Assembly: GCA_001244265.2 (NCBI GenBank)
Contig: CDLV01000012.1
Span: 1,364,001 to 1,428,000, forward strand
Direction of reading: 5' to 3'
From: Microbotryum violaceum
Lineage: Eukaryota
Length of the DNA stretch: 64,000 nt
The notes below the pieces were generated by a model. That model saw only the letters and a program-made list of their open reading frames with translations, was not told the origin of the DNA and ran no database searches. Below, piece after piece: positions 1-11,815 of this stretch (position 1 is the first letter of the stretch; every line of letters begins with the position of its first letter). The position numbers and the translations under genes are program-made.

Positions 1-829
1 CGGCTTCCCTAACCCTCAAGCTGCACGCCCTCGGCTCGAGCCGCTGCGGTGCTATGATACCCGGCGCTCACAAATACGAACGGTAATATTTTTGTCCGGG
101 CTCCAGTCTTGATGCTGTCTATCTCGAGAATCCGAGCTTATTTGGGGGCTGCTAGGAGAACCGGGTGCAGCCGTCCTCCACAGACGCTGGGCAGCATCAA
201 GTTTGGTAATGCACGTAAAATCTCGGTCAGTGAACTCGCAATACTCAGCATGAGAGACAAGAGGCACGCACCGAGAACCTCCGGTCAGTGACCTGGCGGA
301 AGCCTAGAGAGGTTTTAGGCGCGCTTCAACGTGATGGTTGAAAAGTCTTGCTCACGAGTCATTGATTCTGTACACTTGCAATACAAATAAGCCTTACACC
401 GTGAGTTACATGTCTCTCTTGTTAGAGTCATTTTGAGTCTTTCTCAGATGCAATAACTTCTACAACAGCTTGTCGAGCTGATTAGAGTCGACCTCTCGGC
501 TACAGCACGGATCCCTTTACGAGTGATTGCGTGGTCAGTTTTATGTCTGGTAAAGGAGAAAGTAGTGGCTACCTCCTTTAGTGTCGACGGCCAGAGGCGC
601 GTGACGCTGTGGTCAAATACCAAGTATTCCACTTGAGGGAGCGCTTGCGCAGCTAGAAGTCCGCTTGCAGCAGGACTAGTCCGAAAACCCTAACCGTCCG
701 CATAGCCCTGTAGCTCAAAAAGGTGACAACCGGTCGATCAACGATGAAGACTACCATTTTTGGCAGCGAGGAATGGACAAAATGCATACTGAATTGCAGC
801 GAGGAAAGAGAGACCCAGAAAAGGAGGAC

Positions 830-3800
830 CTATCGCCTCCCTCCTCGGCCACCACCGCCACCACCACCTCGGCCACCTCGCCCGCCACTGAACCCACCGC
901 TGCGGCTTCCTCCTCCTCCCCCACTCGAAGCTCCACCCCGTCCCTTCTTGCCAGGCTGCGTCGACCGACGGACCCGCTTCTCCTTCTCAACGCGTTCCTT
1001 ACGAATCTCGTCCGCGGTCTTCAGCCCTCCAGGCGCTCCACCCAGGCGACCGGGTTTGCCGACCGTCCGGCCCTTGCGTTTGTCGGTCGCGCGGTCGGTC
1101 TTCGGTACCCCAGCCTTGTGGCGATACTTCTTCTCGCCACCGGGGGCAATCGTCGTCTTGCCCTGTAGCTCCGCCTCCCCGACCTTGGGGACCGAAATCC
1201 GCTGCTTGCGCTTCCATTCGTCAAAGACGCCGGACTTGAAGGACGCCGGCAACTTTTGGCCCGATTCGGAGCGCACGAGCTTCTTGTTGTCCGCACCGAC
1301 GCCGTCGCCGCGAACAAATTTCTTGGTTCGTCGATCCCAGCGGAGTGCCGAGGCGCGTTGTAACGTCGCGTCGGCGGGGGTCCCTTCGGTATCGCCGCGT
1401 CCCGACACATCGTACTGCGACTGCGCGGCCTGGGCAACGAACGACTCGCCGTTCGTCAATGAGTAGCCCCGCTCGGTGTCGGCCCCTTCTTGCTCGTACC
1501 CGAGGTAGAAATTGGGGTCACGGTAGGTCGCACCCGCCCCTCTCTGAGGCTTGCGTTTCCGCGGTGCACCAAAGACTTGCGCCAACTCTTCTTCGTCGGC
1601 ATCATCCATCTCGACCGCGACCCGTTTCGCAGGGTGTGCTCCACCCTCCTCCTCCTCCTCCTCCGCGGGCATCTCGACTCGATCCTCTTCATCCCGCTCT
1701 TCCCCATCTTCCTCGGGCAAGGCCCGCGCTCGCTCAGATTTGAGCATCGCCTTCCGACGATCTTTCATCAGTTGCGAAGCGACCGTCTTGCCTCTCGTGC
1801 CGACCTCAAAGACCGTCTCATTTGGTCGGAACAGGTTGACTTTGGCCAAGAGTTCGGCGCGACTCTGCTCGTCCTTGACGTTCGTCCCGGAGATGGTGAG
1901 GTAGTCTCCAAAGATGGGGTGCACCGAGGCATGTTCACCCGAGGTTGTCGCCAGACCGTAGCCTTTGCGTTCCAGGTCCTTGGCGCGGCGGTACGACTCG
2001 GCCGAGGCTTTGGACAGTCCGCGTTCGTACATTTTCTGGCCACGGCGAGCGACGTTGCCGAGCACTTCGAGCTGACCGTTGTGAGCCGACATCGAGCGCA
2101 GGGCTTCGAGGTCGAGGTCGAGGAGGGCCCGTGGCGTCGTGCCGAGGACGATCTGGTTCGAAAAGTCGACGTCCTCCCCTTCGGCCAGGGTTAGAGGACA
2201 CGTCCGGACGGGTCGCGAGAGGAAGAGCTCAAGGTCGAGCAACCGTGGCAGTTCGGCGGAAGTGACGAACGTGAAGGCCCACCCTTTACGACCCGCACGA
2301 GCCGTACGACCGACACGATGGACAAACGCCCTCGTCCCGTTCGGGAAGTCGTAGTTGATGACGTTCTCAACGCCGGGGACGTCGATACCACGCGCCGCGA
2401 GATCGGTGACGACGAGGATCGAAGTACGGCCCGCTCGGAAACGCGCCAGCGAGAGTCGACGCGCCGTCTGGTCCATCGAGCCGTAGATTGGCGAAACGGC
2501 ATAGCCGGCCTCAGTCAGGAGGAGAGTGATGTACTCGACGTGGTGCTTGGTCGCGACAAAGACGAGGGTCTGGCGCGCCGCGGGATCGATGACGGCCGTG
2601 CCGTCGGTGTTGGGGACCTCGGCATCCTCGCCGCGCTTGCGCTTCTTGCCTCGGTCGTGTGCGTGGGCGCCCCCTGTCCCCTTGCCCTTCCACGCCGGGC
2701 GACCGCGCTTGGTGTCGTCGTCCTCGTCCTCGATGTAGTCATCCTTGACCGCGCGTTGCGCATCCGTCATGAGCGGCACGGCAATAACCTCCCGCAGCAC
2801 CCCCAGCAGCACGGCCTCCTTTTCCGAGCCCTTGACGCTGAGGTATGCCATCTGCAGGTCCTTGGAAATCTTGCTGTCTACGTCGAGACGAATGAGTTTG
2901 GGGTTCTGCAAACCGGCCTTGGCGAACCCGACGAGCGTCGAAGGCAAGGTCGCCGAGAAGAGCAACGTCTGTCGCGTCGGCGGCATGCGGTGCAGGATCT
3001 CGTGGAGTTGCTCGGAGAACCCCAGCTCAAAGAGACGATCGGCCTCGTCAAAGACGCAGTACTGCACCGCGCGGAGGTCGAGCGACATTTCGACGATCAA
3101 ATGCAGCAAGCGACCGGGCGTGGCGATGACACTGAGCCAAGCAAGGAAGATCGGATTTTAGAGGTCAATATATGACGAGCGAGACAGTGTCAAAAGCTAT
3201 CACTTACACATCGGGGTTGCCGGCCATCGTGTTGAACTGCTCTTCCATCCCTTCACCACCGACGACCATCGCCCATCTCAGAGCCTCGCCGTCACCCTTG
3301 AGCGACCTCGCCAAATCCTTGCCGACCTTGAGTACCTGCAACGCCAACTCGCGTGTCGGGACCAGGACGAGCCCTCGCGCACCGTAAGAGGTGGAGTGCG
3401 TCATCAGTTGCGCCAAGAGGGGCAAGAGATAGCACAGCGTTTTGCCCGACCCGGTCCTGGCCATACACAGATGGTCCCGCGCGACAAACATCTTCTTGCC
3501 CGCGACGATTGTTTCCGCCGAACCAAGGATGCTGGGGAGGGCGAGGCGTTGGATCGGGGTCGGTGTAGTGAAACCACGCTGCAGGAGCGCCTTGAGGAGC
3601 AGCGGCGGCAGTCCGAGCGCCTGGAATGATCCTCCTCCGCTGACACCTTTGGTCGATTTGAGGTCCTTGCGCGAGTTGACAACGGCCTGACCTTCGGACA
3701 GGTTGCGGGATCGGTTCAAGGATGCCAGCGAGGCGAAGAGAGCATCCTCTTCGGCATCGGACAGGTCGAGAGGGGCGCCAAAGACGTCGCTCGTGTCCTT

Positions 3801-3956
3801 CGCACCGCTCCCTTTCGCTCCCTTGGACGTCGAAGGCTTGGACGTGGTCCCGGATGTTTTGCCCAAATCTAATTGCTGTTTCTTCTTTGGCTTGGTCGGC
3901 CCTAGCAGGGACGAGGTGATGTCGATGCCAGCATCCGAATCCGAATCCGAGTTCAT
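830..3956 (-). CDS. DBP10: DEAD-box RNA helicase Dbp10/DDX54 (60S biogenesis), 2 exons
   Basis: Q motif (GFTTPTPIQ), ARTGSGKT, PTRELA, DEAD, SAT, HRVGRTARAG, DBP10CT-like WDRRTKKF segment and RGG tail. GT-AG intron 3207-3132 restores NPDVVIATPGRLLH. Confidence 0.93.
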
Positions 3957-5568
3957 CGTGTGGACACGGGGTGGGAGCGGTTCTGAACGAGGGAGAGAGG
4001 GTGAGGGAATTACATAGAGTCAGATTAGCTAACGGCAACGTAGGGTTAGTGATACAACATTGCTCTACTTACTGCGGGTACGACGGATCGAGGAGCGGTG
4101 TCGGCAGGCCAAGCGTGACCGGTTGACAAGTCACGAGCTCGTCGGTCCACTCGAGCGCTACGACTCGAATGATGGCTGCGAACTGCTGCGAAGGCCGTCA
4201 ACGCGCATCGCGCACGGACCATGTCCTAGCCGTGGCCGGCTTTCCGAGCTTAAGCGTCGCCTTCTGCCCCGGGCCTCCGGAGAATAATTGTCAGTTGCCG
4301 AAAGAGGGTCACTAGCCGTCGCTTGTCTCGGTCACGAATCCTATCTGATCTGTCTCCGATCAGGAAACAAAGCACACACCCACTATCGCCGCCACTTCCA
4401 ATGGCCCACTCCATGGGTGCCGAATGCGCAGTCCAACGTCCCGAGCTCGAGTTTCAGAACTTAAGACAGGAAGACCGATCCGGGCCCTAACTCCGGAAAT
4501 CTGCAACCCTCTTCTGTTCTTTAATATTCGGACACGGCGATCACCTCGTCGTACTTCGCGCTTCAAATGCGCGCATTCAAAGCAAACGAAATGTCTCACC
4601 TTTGGGCCACGATCGCAGTCCGTGCACACGCCTCGTGCTCAGCACGCAGTGCACAAAGCTGCGCCTACTAGCTCAGCGGGTCTACCCCAGTGGGTCAAGT
4701 TCGGATTCGAGCTCAGTGATTCAGTTCATTTCATTCGCGACATATCATATTGCGCCCGAACCTACTGCGTCACGGAATCCGAACGCAGACTCTGTGGGGA
4801 GGAAGCATACACGGGCAAAGAACACCAAGGAGTAGTACAGAAGGCGGAGAGACAAAAAACTCATGGGACACCAGAAAATATTATGTCCTTGGGGATTTAG
4901 CAAGAGAAAAACTTCTCGATCGCTTGTCATCCCCCAGAATTAGTTGTTCTAGCTTGAGACCCATCACTGTTGTCAAGACGTGGTCACCCGGGATCCTTGG
5001 GAAGCGCTCCACTACACGTGCGTATGATCTATGAACCGCGAGAGTCATGATGTACACGCTACAATACAAAGAAAATAGCATTCTGGTCCTGAACTAATCA
5101 GATTGGGATCACAACAACAAACCAAAAAGCTGGAGCGCGAACGACAAGTCTTGTTGTGTTCAGGAGTCGGACTTCCGGAAGCGGCAGGCAATCTGACGTG
5201 CCAAGTTGCCAACAGACCCCGTAACCCCACGAATTGGCTCAGGCCGCCAGTGCTGCGTGCCACAGCAGTGACCCTCGTCGTACCTCTGTCTCTTGCTACT
5301 CGTCTTGTATCTTTGTCGTCGCCTTGTACCCTTCCACACTCGTTGTATCCGCCCGTTCTCTCTGGCTTCCCAGTGTCCCACCATTCGTTCGACACCTCGG
5401 ACTCTCACTCGCAGATCCGCCTCAGCTGCTTCCACCAGCCCACCTCGGCGAGTCGTCTCGAACGTCGATCCCACTGGCGCGCAATTTCAAAGTGTCTCAC
5501 ATCAAATTCGCGCCACAGTGTGCCCTCCATACCCCTACGGCCCATACCCCTACATCGGCCTCTCAACG

Positions 5569-7188
5569 ATGCCCACCCTCTTCGTCTTCAAGTTGACCCT
5601 TCTGACGTTCCTCGTTGCACCGGGTGTACTGGCTCACCGTCAACTTGGCACTGCCGGTGCCAGTGGCAGCTCGGACGTGGCCGAGCGAGCGCCGAACGCC
5701 GAGGCGCCGCCTCACGTGACCATCCCGCTAACGAAGCGCAACTTTGACGAGTCGAGACACTGGAAACGAAGGAATGGTGCCGTGTATATTCCCGCCTTAG
5801 CTCAAGAAGCTGCGAAAACCGCACTCAAGTACAGCAAGGTCAGTGAGTACGCTGGTGCACCTCGTGGTACTGGGGCACTGTCACGCCCAGCCCAAGCCCG
5901 CCGATTGTATCTCGGAGAAAAGGCTCGCTGACGCGCGAGTGGTTCTCCGATGCGGCCTCAAGAACGGCAGCATCGTCAACAAACGGTGGCAAAAGGTGTC
6001 ACACCCTCAGATGATCAAAACAAGAGGACTCGTGGCACTCGAAATCGAATCCTATTGTGGTGAGTAGTGTCGATGCAACAAATGAGCTCGGGTTAACACG
6101 GAATTGGCGGGCTCCATAGTGTGGAGCGGACAGATCATCGTCGCCAATCAATCGTTTTCAATGTACTTTGACTCGGGTTCGACCGATTTCACGTTGCCGA
6201 TGGTCGGGTGTGCCGAGAGTGAATGTGGGTCGAAGAAACTGTACGATCCCTCGGCGAGCGCGACGGCGGTGAACCAGAACAAGACGCTCCAGTCTCGCTT
6301 TGCGGATGGGTCCTTCTCAAAGGGGGCCTGGTTCAAAGACATTGTGACCGCGGGCGGTATGACCACGAGTCAAAGCATTATTGGCGCGACGCAGTTAAGC
6401 TCGACAATCAAGGGGCTCCAGTCGGACGGGATCATGGGCCTCGCCTTCCCAGCCCTCAGTTCGACGGGGACGCCTTCGTTCCCTTTCACGCTCAACGGGA
6501 AGGGACGCTCCGGGGTCTTTGCGATCCGGCTCTCAGACTCGGAAGCCAAGTCCGAGATCAGCTTTGGCGGCATGAACCCAGCGCAGTTCGGTGGCCCGGT
6601 CACCTACTTTTCCGCCGTCAACAGTCCCGGCCAGAGCTCCAAGACGTACTGGCAAATCGGTGAATCGGCGCCGACGGTCGCCGGCAAGAACGCGGTCGCC
6701 AAGCGCGTGAATCTCATCATCGATTCGGGGACGACCTTCATTATCGCACCTATGAGCGCAGCGACGGAATTTTACTCCACGATCAACGGTTCGCAGAAGC
6801 TCGACGAATCGCACTGGACCTACCCCTGTGCGAGTCCGCCGACCGTTGGCTTCTCTTTTAGGCGAAGCCAGCCGTTCCTCATCAAAGCCGACGACTTCAA
6901 CCTGGGCTACCTGCCCGACGCTTCTTCGCGCTGCGTCGGTGCCGTCATCGGTCAGGACCTGGGTTTGGGAACTTCATGGGTCCTCGGTTCGACCTTTCTC
7001 AAAGTGAGTTTGGAAATGAAGAACAAAACGTCGATGTGATGGAGGGTTGTCGATGGATTATCAGGAAGACTCTTTGGCGCTGACGAGCGTTTCGGCCTTG
7101 TCCTCCGCCTCCCCGCCTTGTGCAGAATTGGTACTCTATTTTTGACGTCGCGCAAGCGCGGATAGGCTTCGCGACCCCCAGGGCTTGA
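5569..7188 (+). CDS. Secreted pepsin-like aspartic protease (family A1), spliced
   Basis: Signal peptide MPTLFVFKLTLLTFLVAPGVLA, propeptide VTIPLTKR, YFDSGS and IIDSGTT catalytic motifs, DGIMGLAF, WVLGSTFLK, last exon NWYSIFDVAQARIGFA. Confidence 0.9.
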
Positions 7189-8403
7189 TGTGAGGACATG
7201 CGATCGGGTCGCGACAGGCTGCATGTCGTAGTTTTGTACTGTTGCTTGGGCTTCTTTGCATGCGCATCTTGAACGGACATGTCTCCTGTATAACCGGTGC
7301 GGTTCCACGACATCTCGCTTCAATTCGGGCCAGAGCAAGTGACATCGATGCCGTGCCTTCGGCCGCGGGGAAGTGCAGTGCCTCCTGTCTCGACACGGGC
7401 TCACTTCCGCGGCCGAGAGGCGGCGGGACCGCTTCCCAATCGTTCTAGCATACGCAGGTCACGCGGTCGGCGGCTACGTTCGACACCATCATTGCCAAGC
7501 AATTCATCCGGGACGAAAAAAGCACGTTGCCCGAGAACAACCCTCCAACTGCTGCGGGAAATCCGTGACTTGGGTCCTTCAGCGATCGAAGCGCTTAAAT
7601 AGCCCCCATCGGCCCCAAGCGCGGGCCACACCCTGTTTTTGAACAATGTGGGATTCAGGGGTGTCAAAGATCTCCGTCCCTCCCCCCCTCCCTTTCCCCC
7701 TTTGTCGTTTCCGGAACATCGAGGCTGTCAATCGCTCCCTCTGCATCGGGTCCCAGCGCTCTGAATATCGCACTCCCAAGAGACTCCACGACGTGCAGAT
7801 GAGGGGCGCGATCGACGCTGTGTGGCACGCACGACTGTGTACGCCGCTAGCGCCCTTTTCTCGATTTCTGGCATGAGCGTCGCGCCTGGGCATGACCTTG
7901 TGTGTCCCGAAGAGGAGACTCCGTTTTAGCTAGTTCTCCCTGGTGATTCTGGGTCGGGGCGGACTTGACACTTCAACTATGCCGTCACGACGGGCGAGGC
8001 GCGCGGCCGACCTTGTGCGCGGGGTTTGCCCGGCGAGACTTTCGTCCTCCTCCCAAATTCCAGATTTCTGGGTTCCCTCTTGGATTTCTCCCTTCTGCTT
8101 CTCGCGTTTTTCAGCACTGTTCACTTTGGGGCGTTGATTTTTCGTTGGAATCACCGTGCCGAGAGCGGACAGTTCGTGCGCTGTCGTCGTCGACGCCCCG
8201 ACCCCAATTTCACGGTTTTTCATTCATCCTCCGCGTCGTTTGCACCACCCTCGTCTTCTTAGTTTGCTTCTCCTACCGTCTTCTTCATTTTATCCATTTT
8301 TACGGTCGATCCTGATCTAATCTTGGGTTTGCCTACTTTCCCTCGCTGCTCGCCGCTCGTCATCGAAAGTCCTGTCGACTCTTCTTTGCTGCGCTGGATC
8401 GCA

Positions 8404-11034
8404 ATGCCATGGGCGCCGGCTTTGCGACATTCGAACTCCAACACGCCCTCAAATACCAGCAACATAGCTGGCAACAGCAATAGTCCGATGGAGCAGCCCC
8501 AAAGATGGGTCAGTGGTGAAGAGGGTACTACTTTGACATCGTTGGCGGTACCGACGATATCTGCGAACGACTCTTCGGCGTCACGATTCCGTGCTCTACC
8601 CCGTGGTGGTGACCCCTCGGGTTCGACGCTGGCCTCAACCGGCGTGACTCCGTCGGTACACCAAGAGGTCTCGTCTTCGGGGATCGTAGGTTACCAAGAG
8701 AGCGCGAACCAACAACCCCATCGCCACGATCCCTCGTTTTTTGACCAACAACGCTGGTTCCCTCGCATCAACTACCTCGGCGCCGGCGTCTCGGGACCGT
8801 CCTCGCGCAATTGCTATCATGCAGCAAGCGACCAAATCGCATCTGATCAAGGTTCCCCAACGCTCGGTACAGCTACCACGGCTAACTCGAGCCGAGTAAC
8901 CGATCCTCGGGCCCAACACCACGGACATTGCGGCGATGTACGACAGCTTCAGGGCCCGGGTATGCCGGTGTCCAGCGACGCCTTAATGAGCTATGATACC
9001 TTTGTAAGTCAAGACCCCGGGCGTGCGAACCACACGTTACAATGGTCTCACACTAGCCCTGACCGCTCCACCATCCGGACTTTTTTTTTCTGCCGTTCGA
9101 TTCGGCCTCCCCTCCGGCGACCCCCGCGCACGTGCCCTTAAAAACGACCTCCTTTCGTTTGGCGCGCACTCTTTTTCGCTCCCTCTCTCGCGCTTTCGCT
9201 CGCTAGCGCGATCCGGCGTCCCCTCAAGGTTCCAGCAGCGTCGCTTCTCCCAACGCGCCGTGGTCACCCGCGTCGACGAGTCAAGATTCATCGAATCGAG
9301 GAGGATACCTTGACCACGTGCTCACACCCTTCGACCACTCTCTCTTTGCCCAAGGCGGTAGCAGCGGTGGTGGTGATGGTGGTGGCGCAGCGGCCTCGTC
9401 AGCGTCGGTATCGCTGTCGGGGGCGGCCGGTCCGGCACCAGCCCCAGGAACGCCCGGCTCCTCGTCGACGTCGTCTCCTGGACTCGGGGGTGAGGCCGCG
9501 GCCCCCGCTGCAGGCAATCCCTCTTCGATCTTTGGCGGCGATAGCGGTGATGGAACAAGCGCACCCGTTTTCGACCCGCTGGAACATTACATCTCGTCGT
9601 TCGGTCCCTTCTCGGCTCCCTCGACCTCGAGCTGGATACACTTTGAGCACGCTGCTCCCAGCTGCGTTCGCCCTCGCTCATTCTCGCATTCGCACGAGGT
9701 CGCGAGTTTGTTCGCTCCTCAGGAGATGGGCCGAAACAACGTCCTCGGCCTGATCGTCACATCCTCTCCTGCGCCAGCGGGTACTAATACTCTGTGCTCG
9801 AACACGGCTGCGACGCCAACGATGATTAAGCGGTTCGAGGGCCACCATCTCCAGCATCATTCACCCGGACCTACGATGACGGCAACCCGCTCGTTCTCGA
9901 GCAACAGCGCACCGCCTTCGTTCCCTCTCGCTCTCCCGGCGCTACCTGCGATGACCAATCCAGGCGAGAACCGTCGTGCCTCGCTCCCCACGATCAACCA
10001 CGACGTTCGACGCGACTTGTTGAACCGCAGCATGTCGAACAGGAACGGTCCCAATTACTCTCTACCGATCCCTTACCTCCCATCGAATCGCGCCTTTGAC
10101 TCCTCTGAAGGCGGCAGCAACTCGGCACACTTCGGTGGCGGCGGCCATTTCCACCCCCAGCAACCCGATGGGACGAAGACGTTAATCTCGAATGAGATGA
10201 ATCCCGAGTCCCCTCCTTCACCATTTGCCGTCCATGAGTCGCACTCGCCTTCCTCGTCCGATTCGTACCATCACTCTGTGAGGAAGGGAGGCGTAGGGAC
10301 GGGAGGCAGTCGCCGTCCGAGGTCGAGCAAACGAAGTCCCAAGCACAACGAACGTGGCGAGCGCATCTCGCCTGTGACGGGCAAGCCGGTGAGGTTGTTG
10401 AGAAAGAGGTCGTTCCCACCCAAGGATGCGGAGAAGCGAGTCTATGTTTGTACCATCACGGGATGTAGTAGGCGATGTGAGTACTGGGTTCCGCAGGAGA
10501 CGAGGGTGACTCTCTTTGCTGACCCTTTTGGTTGACCCTTTGACATCTGCAGTCGGTCGTCCCTCGGCTCGAGACACCCACGTTCGAACTCATACGGGAG
10601 CCAAGCGTAAGCACATTTTTAGCCATTACCTTCAAGGTGAAGAGACTAACGCTGGGTTTCGCGTCATTCCAGCCTACGTCTGCCCAGTCGCAAGCTGCGC
10701 TCGTTCGTTCAGGTACGTTGATCAGTCGGAACGCAAACCCTGATGCGATTAAAGCCTGAATATGGACTTCTATCCCGCAGCGTGTTCAGCAATCTCAAAC
10801 GACACATGATTGTGAGTCATTGGTTTAAGACCCACTCACCAAATTCGATACTGACATGTCGCTCCATAGATCCACCCTTCGCTTGATTTTCGCAACGTCT
10901 CGGTCCATGACCTACCCAAGATTTGTTGCCACGAGGACGGCAACGACCTGCGCCTCGAATGGCTATCGGCCGACAGAGAGCCATCCTCACCTACGGTGAC
11001 TGACGCTGCTAACCAGCAGAGCAATTTTTCTTGA
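8404..11034 (+). CDS. C2H2 zinc-finger transcription factor (two fingers); 5' exon structure uncertain
   Basis: Spliced YVCTITGCSRRFGRPSARDTHVRTHTGAKPYVCPVASCARSFSVFSNLKRHMIIH (10441-10880) after a long Ser/Pro-rich region. The start codon is a guess. Confidence 0.75.
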
Positions 11035-11815
11035 CAGGGTGTGATATCACGCACCTGACCACCCATCAATGCACGTGTTTAATATCTCGGCGAATATTGA
11101 CTGTTTCTTCTTCCGCATCGAAATGTTTGGCTTGACTTATGTACACACTTATTCCCCTCCTTTCGCTTCCCCTGTTATCGTTTTTCCTTGCTTTACATAA
11201 TCCTTCGTTGCAGCTCTCTTGGGAAGCACCCCCGTGCCTCCTAGAGAGTACTATGGTCAGCCTTGTCGATGATCGTCGCATCGAGCAAAATCTTCCCGGA
11301 ATCCATTCCCCACACTTTTAGCGCTTATCTTGTAGTTGGAAGCTATCTTGCGCCCCACTGTATACCATCGAATCGCTTGTGCTTCTGTTATCTCATTAGG
11401 CATTGCCTCGTTCCTTTCCGCCTTCTCTCAGCTTCAGCTTCTTTTTTGGCTTGCATTGCATACCGCACGCTAGCCAAATTTGATTATGGCGGATTTTCGG
11501 CTGAAAATCGAAAAGGCTTCCATCCATGCTGGCTTTGTTTACCAAGCAAAACAATCGTAACACCTGCTTGACACTCGATCGAGTCGACTGCATCGACTCA
11601 CGTAGAGGACCGAACCCCGCGCAACGCCTCGCAAAAGCATATAAAGGCTTGGCACAAGTTGGCAGAGCTTGGCTCGCCTCGTTAGTGCCGTGCCCTGCCT
11701 TGCCTCGCTGCGGCATCTGTGCGTGTGTGTGGTCGACGCGCGCTTCCTCTTGGCCTTCTTTCCACCAGTCTCGAGTCCCTCTCTCCACGACTACAGCAAC
11801 GACCGTTCGACGAAC

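Noticed and set aside
1-700. Telomere or structural RNA gene at the window start
   Set aside because: Only isolated CCCTAA units; no tRNA, snRNA or rRNA signature recognised here or elsewhere in the window.
723-3175. Long plus-strand ORFs opposite DBP10 (and similar antisense ORFs over JHD1, the CLIP-170-like gene and GSH1)
   Set aside because: Shadow ORFs caused by GC-rich codon bias; no recognisable motifs.
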